Origin: a bacterium
Lineage (GTDB): Bacteria; UBA9089; CG2-30-40-21; SBAY01
Assembly: GCA_040755795.1 (NCBI GenBank)
Contig: JBFLXS010000001.1
Span: 1-63,150, forward strand
DNA length: 63,150 bases
Direction: 5' to 3'
Part shown: one piece after another, positions 28,001-40,000 of the stretch
Numbering within the stretch: the stretch's first letter is position 1
How the letters are laid out: the number at the start of each line of letters is the position of its first letter
The notes under the pieces: model-generated
Seen by the model: only the letters and a program-made list of their open reading frames with translations
Told to the model about the DNA's origin: nothing
The model's database searches: none
Translations under genes and position numbers: made by a program

Positions 28001-31000
28001 CACCATAAACTTTCTTGTAAATGATTGACTAAAGGTTAATCCTTTAATCGTAATGGTATGTGTGCCATAAATCTGGGTATCAACACTAAAGGTAAGTGTC
28101 CATGACCCACAAGTCTCTGCTGAAACCTGTGCAATAGTTGTCGTCCTGCCAAAATCTATAGAGATTGTCTCAGATGTCCCAAAACCATTACCTCGTATAG
28201 TTATACAGGTATTTTCTATTACCCCAGTAGTGGGTGTAAGTAAAATAATATCAGGCTCAATAAAGAATGTAGAAGTCGCTACTTTACCACTACTCAAACC
28301 ACCTGCCACAATAGTTGTTGCACCATAAGGTTGAGTATCAATGGTAAAGGTAGTCGTCCATGACCCGGAGATAGTTGTCGTAGCATACGATACCGTCTGC
28401 GTGGTACCAAACTTAATATGTATCTGTTCGGTAATTCCAAATCCTGTCCCAATTATAGTCACCCTTGTATTAACACTGCCATTATCAGGTGTAACTGAAT
28501 GAATATTAGGTAAAAGATTATAAGTACCTGTATTTTCTACTACTGAACAACTCAAATCTTGTGCCTTAATCGTCTTAATACCATAGGGTTGTGTATTAAC
28601 CGTAAAGGTAGTGCTAAATGAACCCTGTGCCGCAGAGGTAATGGTAGTAATAGAAGGAGTGTTCCCAAAATGAATATAGATAAGGTGTGTCGCCCCAAAC
28701 CCATTCCCGGCTACAGTAACAATACTACCTACTGTCCCTGAAGTCGGTGTAATTGAGAAAATAGCTGGTTGGATAACAAATATCTTTACCTCTGCAGAGG
28801 TATTCGATTTAATATCCGTAGCCCTCACCGTCGTGCTACCATAAGGTTGAGTATTAACAGTAAAGGTTGTCGTAAATGACCCTATGGAAGATGCACTCAC
28901 AGTAGTTATAGTATTGGTATTCCCAAAACTTATCCTGACTTTTTCATTGGCAGTAAATCCAGAACCTGTAATAGTAATTACACTGCCTACTGTGCCAAAG
29001 GAAGGAGTAACTTCCACTATCTGAGGTATGATATCAAAGAACGCAGTAGTTGTCCCTGCCTCTAAATCTATTGCCAGAATAGTAACGCTTCCTAATGGTT
29101 GAGTATCCACGGTAAAACTAATAGTAAAACTACCATAATCATTAGTAGTAGCAAGAGTTATACTCTGAGTTGTCCCAAAATCAATCTGAATACTCCTTGT
29201 TGCCCTATAACCATTACCAAATACCGTCACCTGACTACCTACTGTCCCTGATAAAGGATTCACACCTGTAATATTTGGTAGAATAGAGAATGTACTGGTA
29301 GCATATAAACCAGTCGTCTGGGTTGCCATTACAGTTACAGTCCCATAAGGTTGACTCCTTATATTATTACTCCAAACATTTTGGAAACTGCCGTCTGATT
29401 GCATCGCAACTCCTTCCGTTACAGGATTATACAAGACAATTCCAATCTTAACATTAGCAGAATAATTACCATCAAATCCATTCCCATTGATACTAATAGT
29501 TGTTCCGATTGTCCCTCTTGTTGGAGTAACTAAGAATAGATATGGGAAGATAGTAAAGCTCCGGGTAGCACAAACACCTGAAATACTGGTATCTGTTGCC
29601 ATAACGATGTGACTTCCCCGTACTTGAACGGGTGCGGTAAAGGTAGTGGAGAATGAGCCAAAGGGACTAACAGGAGTTGTAGTGCGGTAGATTGTGCCAA
29701 AGTCTATATTGACACCAATACTTCCTGTCCCAAACCCATTACCTGCAATAGTAATTACTGTCCCAACAGAACCCTGATTAGGTGTTAATTCAATAAGATT
29801 AGGCAAAATAGTAAATGTTGCCTCTCGTGAAATAGGATTACCTTGATAAGCAATAACCGTCGTTAGACCGTAAGGTTGGGTATTAACAGTAAATGTGGTT
29901 GAGAATGACCCATTGGCATAAGTTGAAGTAGTATGCAATGTAGGTGTTGTGCCAAAGATAATGCGGATTGATTGTGTCGCACCATAACCATTACCCACTA
30001 TGGTAACTATAGAACCAACTGTGCCTGATGTAGGTGTAAATAAAACAATGTTTGGTAATATCCTGATACTCAGGTTATCTGCCCAAAGACCTGAGGCAAT
30101 CCCTCTGGCCTTAATCGTGGTTGTCCCATAAGGTTGAGTATCAATGGTAAATGTCGTCGTCCAACTACCATCAATCGTAGCAGATACCGTAGTAATCGTT
30201 CGCGTCGTTCCAAAATCTATCTGCACTAATTCTGATGCCTGATACCCAACTCCGCGCAAGGTGACGACGGTCCCTACCGTTCCTTCACTTGGAGTGATTG
30301 AGTCAAGTTGTGGTTTAATCACAAATAAGTTAGAGGCAGATGCCCCTGTTCTTGTGCCTACCGCAACAATCGTTGTTGTCCCCAAAGATTGCGTATCTAC
30401 TGTCCATGTAGTTGAGAACGACCCAAAAGCAGTAGAAAGTGTCCGGGTAATAGTGGGTGTTGTCCCAAATTGAATACAAATCCACTCGGTTGCTCCATAA
30501 CCATTACCATAAACAGCTACTACCTGACCTACTGTCCCGGATGCAAGCACAGGTTCAAAGACCTGCGGCAGTATCTTGAATGTATTAGTCGCTGGCTCTA
30601 ATTTGCCATAACCGGTAATCGTAGTAGAACCATACGGTTGTGTATCAACAGTAAATGTAACCGTAAATGTTCCATCAGCATAGGTTGAGACAGTAGTAAT
30701 GGTTCTTGTCGTCCCAAAATCTATCCTGACCGACTCTGTGCCACCAAACCCATCTGCCTTAATGGTTACTACTGTCCCTACTGTTCCTGAAGTTGGACTA
30801 ACAGAATAAATATGTGACAGGATATAGAATGTTGTTTCCTTCTCATTCACCTCACCATCTTCCTCGGCAATAATAGTTGTAGTTCCTTGCGGTTGACTAT
30901 CCACTGTATAATTATAGACAAAATTACCACTTAAAGTAGTAACAGTAGCCTTATCTCCACCTGCTATCCGTTTCGTACCAAAAGATATCAATATATTGAC

Positions 31001-34000
31001 TGAAGGGTTATATCCTGTTCCAATAATACTTATTAATGTTCCTACACTACCTCGTGATGGAGTAACCCAGAGATTAGGTTGAATAATAAACTGTCTATTT
31101 ATATCTTGTTGTTCAAAGGCAGAATCATTAACCGCGATAATCGTTGTCGTGCCATATTTTTGAGTATCTACGGTAAATGTTATGGTAAATGTCCCTGTTG
31201 AACTGGTAGTAACCTGGGTAATCGTCCTTGCCGTCCCAAATTCTATCCGCACCTGGACACTGGCACCATAACCATCACCGGTAACCGTTACAAGAATACC
31301 TACTGTGCCTGTGGTAGGCGTAATTTGAGTGATATTTGAGGTGATATTGAATGTTCCGCTATGCGGTTCCTTTGAAGTATTACCATAGGCAGTAATAGTA
31401 GTAATCCCGTAAGGTTGAGTATTAACAGTAAATGTGGCTGAAAAAGTGCCCTTACTCGTAGCAGTCGAATAGGTAATCGTAGTTAATTTACCAAATAGAA
31501 TCTGAATTCCTTCATTCATCCCATAGCCATTACCATAGATAGTCACTATCGTGCCTACATTACCAAATTGAGGTGTTACTTGATAGATATTCCCAAGAAC
31601 CTTAAAATATGCTAATGCAGATTCATTAGGTGGATATGGATTAGATGCCGTTATAGTAGTTGTCCCATAAGGTTCTTGATTAATGAGTGCAATTTGATCG
31701 CTAAAAGTTCCGTCTATTGTAGTTGTTCCACTAATTGAAATTTGATAAGTAGAACCAAAATATATACTTATATATGCTCCTCCTGAATAACCATTACCGC
31801 TTATAGTTACCGTAGTCCCAATTGAACCTGAACTTGGGGTTAACTCAATAATATTAGGAGAGATAGTAAATGTGCCTTCATCATAACTTGAGTTTCTACC
31901 AGAGGCAACAATTGTCTTTTGCCCAACACTTTGTGTATCAACTGTAAAGGTAATGGTAAATGTCCCTTTATTATGAGCAGAGGTAGTAGTTATAGTATTG
32001 GATTTACCAAAATCTATACGAATATCATCTAACTCTCCATAACCAGTTCCTTTAATCGTAACTATTGTGCCGACACTACCGGTGGTTGGAGATAAAAAGA
32101 TAATGTCGGGTATTATCTTAAATTCTGCAGTACTTGACCCATCACGACTAAGTCCGGTAGCTAAAACAGTCTTACTCCCATAAGTCTGAGTATCAATAGT
32201 AAAAGTAACATTAAACTTAGCATATACATTATCCGTCGTAGCCAGAGCAATGCTTCTGGTAACACCAAAGTCAATTCTGACCTCTTCACTGGCACCATAG
32301 CCATGCCCTTCTACCGTAACTATAAATCCAACTGTTCCATAAACAGCTGGCTGAACGATAATATTTGGTTGCAGGATAAAGTAATCAATATCTGTTATAT
32401 AGGTATAACCTAAATTTGTGGCTTTAATCGTGACCGTCCCCATAGGATAATCAATCATCGTCATATTTGGAGAGACAAAGAGATCATAAGAAATCGTAAA
32501 ACTTCCCCCTCCACTACTCATAATAAATCCTCTACCTGGTCCATTATCACCAAAATCAATTCTTACATCACAAGTTGCACGAAATCCATTTCCCATAACC
32601 GTCATCTTAGTTCCTACTGTTCCAGAAGATGGTGAAACTAATGTTATATTAGGTAAAATCTTAAAATTACCATATGCCATAGTATTAGAATTACTACCAA
32701 TAGCTTTAATCTGTGTATCTCCATAAGGTTGGGTATCAATACTAAACATAGAGGTAAATGCACCTGCCGCGTCTGTACTAACCATAGTAATAGTCTTATT
32801 AGTTCCAAATAAGATAGAGACCATTTCTGTAGAGCCATAACCATCCCCACGCACCGTAACAAGAGTTCCAACAATTCCTTCTGGAGGTGAAATTAAAGTA
32901 AGTTGTCCAACTATGCAGTAGAATGATATATCCGTAGCACCTGTCGATGAGCCAATAGCAGTAATGGTGACACTACCGTATGTTTGTGCGATAACCGTGA
33001 ACACCCCGGTAAATTGTCCTTTCTCATTGGTAGTAGTAGTAGTTACGGTTGTATCTTTACCAAAAATAATATGGACTTCCTCAGAACTTCCATAACCATT
33101 TCCTGTCACGGTCACTATCTTTCCTACTGAACCTTGTGATGGATTTACGGAAGTTATCTTCCCTAAAATAAAGAATGTCCATCTATTATCTTCCTTGCCA
33201 TAAAGTTGTCCTTCAACATAGACAGTCTTTGTTCCATAAGGTTGGGTATCGACTGCAAATGTAGTTGAAAATGTTCCATCACCACTTGCAGGAATAGTTA
33301 TTGTCAAACCAACCCCAAATACAATCCTTATCTCCTCACCATTTCCAAACCCATCACCTCGAACATTAACACTACTTCCTACTATCCCTCGTATTGGAGT
33401 TACCTCTACTACCTGAACTAATATCTTAAATTCTTTATTAGCAAATTTATTCAAATCATTAAATTGAATGCCCGTAACTGTCTTACTCCCATAATGTTGT
33501 GTATCAACAGTAAAGGTAAGGGTAAATGTGCCATCGCTATTAGTTGATATTTGGGTAATAGTGGGTGTTTTACCAAAGGCAATCCGAATACCCGTTGTGG
33601 CATCAAATCCAGTACCAATAACGGTAATTATTGTCCCAACTGTTCCTGATATAGGTGTAATAATAATCTCAGGAATAATCTTAAAGGAGGTTAATAAACT
33701 TGAAGTTGCTCGTTCTTGAGAGGTTAGACCAACGGCTATAATAGTGGTTGTTCCATAAGGTTGAGAATTTATCGTAAAGGTAACTGCAAATGTCCCCATA
33801 TCTGTAGAAGTAACAGTAGTTATAGTCATTGTTGTTCCAAAATGAATATGCACACTCTCTGAAGCATCAAATCCATTACCTTTTACTATTACCGAAACCC
33901 CAACTGTTCCTGTCTGAGGATAAAGATATATAATTTCACCTTTAATATAGAAATAATTATCTATTGCATCACCCCCATCAAAATCCGTTGCTCCAACAGT

Positions 34001-37000
34001 TGTAATCCCCGCCGGTTGGATATCAACTGTAAATGTATAACTAAATGTCCCATTTATATTTGGTAGAGGTCTTGAATATTGTGACGCTAAATGAATTACT
34101 TTCCCAAATTTAATCTCAACTTCTTTTGAGACACTAAATCCATTACCTTCTATTGTCACCCAGCTACCTACTGTGCCAGATGAAGGAGTAACTAAAATAA
34201 CTTTTGGTATAATCCTGAATAATCTATAACTATATGTATCATATTCTATCTCAGTAACACTAGTGGTAGCTACTTGTGATGTTCTGGTTCCTCTAGCAGT
34301 AATGGTGGTGATAAAATTCCAGGCTTGGGTATCTACTGTAAATGCTACCTGGAATTTACCCCTATAATCTGTTGAACTAAAGGCAATAGTTGGATGAGTG
34401 CCAAAATTTACCTCAATATTTTCTGTCTTACCAAAGCCATTGCCATATACCGTAATCAATGTGCCAACACTACCTTTGTTTGGCGAAACTCGATAAATAG
34501 CCGGGACAATAGTAAATGTCCCTCTACTCTCCGCTCCTGTATTTACATCTCTGGCAACAACCGTAGTTCTCCCATAAGGTTGGGTATCTACGGTAAATGT
34601 AACCGAGAAACTACCACCAAACTCACTGGCAGTAGTAGCGGTAATAGTCATCGTCGTGCCAAATTGTATTTCTACACGGCCATTAAGACTATAACCACTA
34701 CCATTCACCGTGACCATAGTTCCAACACTGCCGGTAACGGGTGTAATTGAATCAATCACCGCTAAGACACCAAAGTGCTTGACCGCTTCTGTCCTACTTG
34801 TTTGACCAATAGCAGTAATAGTTCTCGTTCCAGACTGGGTATCAACCGTAAAGGTAGTAGTAAATGAACCATACCAATTTGAAAATGTCGTAGTAATAGT
34901 CTTTGTCGTGCCAAAATGAACATAAATTTCCTCTGAGACATAATAACCATTACCATGAATAGTGATGATAGTTCCAACGGTTGCCTGTTGTGGCGTGACC
35001 CACTCTACTTGCGGGTTGATTTTAAACAGGAAGAAAGAATCTACATCATTAGCACTATGTGGTGCATCTCCATATCCTGTAGTAGTTGTTGTTCCCCAGG
35101 GTTGAGTATCAACACTAAATGTCGCAGAGAAGGTACCTGATAAATTAGTTGATGTAACAGCCACGGTAGTAACTCTACCAAACTTTATCCGAATCGTCTC
35201 TGTAGCTTTATATCCTGTCCCTCGAACGGTTACTACCGACCCCACCGTGCCACTACCTGGCTCTACCCAAAGATTAGAAGTAATACGCAAACTACTGGTA
35301 GCAGGAAGTTTTAAGGTAAAACCATAAACTACTATTGTTGTACTACCATAAGGTTGCTCATCTATATTAAACTTAGGTCTAATATTTCCATTATTATCAT
35401 ATACCTGGTCAAAATCAGTTATCGTAATTGATATTGTCGTTCCAAAATCTATCTTTAGTTTCTCATTTAGAGCAAACCCATTTCCCCAAACCTGTATTGA
35501 CTGTCCAACTGTCCCTGTGTCAGGATCTACCATGGTAATATTAGGCAGAATAAAGAAGCTGCTCCCTGTCGCTATCTGTGTAGTATAACTTATAATAATC
35601 ACCGTTGTTGTTCCACCTGGTTGATTTTCAACATTAAATTCTATAGTAAAAGACCCATGTTGAGTAAATGTATCACCATGATTTTGAGTAGCAGTAGTAC
35701 CAAACTTAATCTGAATATTCCCATTGGCAGGATAACCATCCCCATGTATAGTAATAGTACTGCCTACTGTCCCTCGCCCAGGATTTATAAAGACAATATG
35801 TGGTAAAATCTTCAAACTATTGGTTGCTTGTTCATAGGAACTTAATCCTATTGCAACTATTGTCGTAGTTCCATACGGCTGAGTGTCAATGGTAAATTTG
35901 ACTGTAAATGACCCTTCTGCTACCGAACTAACAGTAGTAATAGTAGGATTACTACCGAATTTAATGTGAATCAATTCTGATGCTTTATAACCATTACCTC
36001 GAACCGTGATAATACTACCTACCGTTCCTTCTTGTGGCATTACCTCAACAATATTTGCTTTGATATTAAAGAATTCATCATCCTGTATATTGTCAGTTTC
36101 ATAGGCAATAATAGTCGTAGTCCCTGCCGGTTGTGTAGTTACGGTAAAGGTAGCATAAATTATTCCTGCATTACCTTGTGCTGTTACCCAGGTAATTGAT
36201 AAAGTAATCCCAAAATGAATAGTAACAGTAGCTCCTCCATCATATCCAGCACCATCTACTTCTACTAAGCTACCAACCGTGCCAGAGGTAGGCGAAATCC
36301 ATCTAATACCTGCCTTTGTTAAGAAATAGTAAATTGCTAAAGTCTGAGTCTGACTACCGGTAGCCACAATGGTCTGAGTACCAGCTGACAGAGGGACTGT
36401 AAATATCGCTGTAAATGTTCCCCATGCATTTGAGATAGATGTTGTTATCGTAGGATAAGTTCCAAAATCTATCCTTATGTTTTCAGTGGCACCAAATCCT
36501 GTTCCTGATAGCACTATCGTAGTCCCTTGAGGACCTTCAAATGGGATAGGTAAAACAGGTATAAGGTTAGCTTTTATCCTGAGACTATTAATTGTCCCAT
36601 ATTGAGAATTCTGACCGGTAGCGATAATAGTAGTCGTTCCATATTTTTGGCTATTAATCGTAAATGTAACAGTAAATGAACCTTCAACTTCAGAGCTAAC
36701 AAATGTGATAGATAAGGTAAGCCCAAAATCTATCCTTATCTTTTCCTGTCTCCCATAACCATTACCAGAGACTGTAACTTTACTTCCTACTGTCCCCTCG
36801 GCTGGTGTAACCAAAAATACCTTTGGTAGGATAGAAAAAACGGTATTCGTAGATTGTTCACTATTAGCACCTTTACCAACAATAGTAGTTATCCCATAGG
36901 GTTGTGTGTCTATCGTAAATGTAAGTGTAAATGAACCATTGCCATTTACCGTCTTAGTGGCAATATTATTATTAGTCCCAAATTTAATCGTTATTGTTTG

Positions 37001-40000
37001 AGATGCAGTAAAACCATTACCTTCTATCGTAACCACACTGCCTACCGTTCCAGATATCGGGCTAACAGAGGTAATGAAAGGTTTGATGGTAAAAGTTCCT
37101 TCAGCCTCATCGGCAATACTTCCACCCTGTCCTTTTGCTTTAATCGTAGTTATACCATATCCTTGAATATCTACAGTAAATGTAACCGTAAAAGAACCAA
37201 TAACATCTGAAGAAGTAACGGTAATAGTTCTGCTACTACCAAAATGTATCATAATATCCTCTATTTGAGCATAACCATTACCTGCTACCGTAACAATTAT
37301 CCCTACCGTTCCTTCTTTAGGAGTAATTAAAAAGATATTGGGTATTATTTTTACCCATCCGTGTTTCTCCTCACCTTCATATATCTCAGTAGTAGCCCCA
37401 GTAGTTACACCGATTGCATGTATATTAGTATTTCCATACTTCTGTGTATCTACAGTAAATGTAGTTGAGAAAGAACCATCTGTATTGGCAGTAACCACAG
37501 CAATAGTAAGTGTATTACCAAATTTAATCCTGACTCTTTCTGAAGAACCAAAACCATTACCTTCAACAAATACACTTGCTCCAACAATCCTTTCTGGAGC
37601 TGTTTGTATCTTTGAAGGAGTAATTATCTGTGGACGAATATAGGTATATGTCCCTGCTGAAACACCCGTCCTTGTTCCATAAATAGTAATAGTAGTTGTC
37701 CCATACGGTTGTGTATTAATCGTAAAGTATGTAGTAAATGAACCAAATGGAGTAGTAAATCGTATATCTGTCGTCGTCATACTTCCTTCTGAACCAAATT
37801 CTATCCGTATAGTCTCCGACGCCCCAAAACCATTACCACTGATTATCAAACTTTGTCCTACCCAAGCATAATTCTCAATACCAGTAGGAAGGATATTTCT
37901 ATTATCAATAAAAATAATATTTGGCGTAATCTTAAATGTACTCGTTGCATAAAAACCATAGATAGCATTAGATGTAAATCCTGTAGCCGTGATAGTAGTT
38001 GACCCGGCAGGTTGTGTATTTACGGTAAATCTGACACTAAATGTACCATTAGTATCTGTGGTTACAAATGTCCAACTTGGAGTCGTCCCAAAATCTACCT
38101 TCACCCGCTCTACACTACCATAACCATTACCAAAGATGGTTACAAAACTACCTACCGTGCCTGCAGTCGGGGTTACTTGATAAATAGCAGGGAGGATGGT
38201 AAATGTCTCAGTGGCTATAACACCCACGATTCCACCAAAACTCTCTATTTTAATGGTAGTAGTACCTGCTGGTTGAATATTTACAGTAAATGAAGTACTA
38301 AATTGTCCCCGTGTGCCTACTTCATCAAAACTAACAGATTTAATTTCATTATCTTTTGTACCAAAATAAATATATATATCCTGAGAAGCAGGAAATCCAT
38401 TACCTTTCACTGTTACCCATGATCCTACGGTCCCTTCCTCAGGAGAAACATAATGAATTCTTGGTTGAATACTAAATGTCCCTTTAGCTAACACATCTTG
38501 AATAGAACTATATGCAACAATGGTGGTAATTCCATAAGCTTGGGTATCAATAGTAAATGTAGTAGTAAATGAACCGATGGCATCACCTGTAGTTAAGGTA
38601 ACAGTTTGTGCCATCCCAAATGCAATCCTTATTCCATCTGTTGCCACAAAACCATTTCCTTTCAATGTAATAATAATTCCAACCGTACCAGACGAAGGTG
38701 AAATCAATATAATATTAGACACTATTTTATATGATTTAGTCAATTCTCTTCCACCATCATATACCTTAACAGTCTTTGTCCCATAGAATTGTGTATCCAC
38801 TGTAAATGTAGTGGTAAAAGAACCACAGGCATCTGATGAAATGGTAGTAATATCCTGTTCTGCACCAAAATCAATATGTATCAACACACTTGATTTAAAT
38901 CCATCTCCCTGTACTGTAACGAAACTACCCACTGTACCAGATGTTGGAGTTATGGCTATCTTACTGGTAATATTAAATGTGGCATAAGAAAAATCAGTAT
39001 TACCTGTGGTTATGCCATAAGCAAGAATAGTTGTTATACCTATCGACTGGGCATTTACAGTAAATGTAACACTAAATGACCCGGCATGATTACTCGCTGT
39101 ATTTGTTATAGTATGTGTGGTACCAAAATGTATGTGAATAGTCTCAGTTTGACCATAACCATCACCAAATACTGTTACAAAGGAACCAACAGTTCCAGAA
39201 GTAGGAGTAATTCTAAGAATCTTCTGAATAATCTTAAAATTAATATAATTTTCACCTTGTGTCGATAGTCCTGTAGCAATTATAGATGTAGTCCCAAATG
39301 CTTGGGTATCAATAGTAAAGGTAGTTGCAAATGTCCCATTAGCATTTGTAGTGGTAATAGTTATAGTCTTATGCCCACCAAAATCAACCTGAATTCCTTC
39401 AGTTACCCCATAACCATTACCTGTTATAGTCACAACAGTCCCTACTGTCCCAAAAGCAGGAGTAACAGATGTAACCTTCGGTTCAATAGTAAATAGCTTC
39501 TGCCTATCAAGATGAATATCATGCCCATACACATTTACAGTTCGTGTTCCTAATGGTTGAGAATCAACAGTGAAGGTAATGGAGAATGTTCCACCTGCAG
39601 CTTGGTCATTATCAGTTATCCCTGTAGAAATGACCTGGGTAATACTCTGTGTTGAACCGAAATTAACTCGAATCAATTCCGTCGTATCAAATCCATCACC
39701 ACCTACTGTTACAAAACTCCCTACTGTACCCGCATCAGGAGTAATCCAAATATTAGGTAAAATAGTAAAAGTACCCCTACTTTCTTTTGAGATACCGGTA
39801 GCCTTTATTGTTTTTACCCCATATGGTTGAGTGTTTACATTAAATGTTAGTGAAAAGAATCCGTTATCATTTTCTCCTAGAAGATCATTTGCTACTCTTG
39901 AATTTTTATTCCCAAAATATATGTTAATAGGTTCATCTTTAGCACCATACCCAGTACCTTCAACAGTTACTATTATTCCAACTGTACCCAAAGAGGGTGA

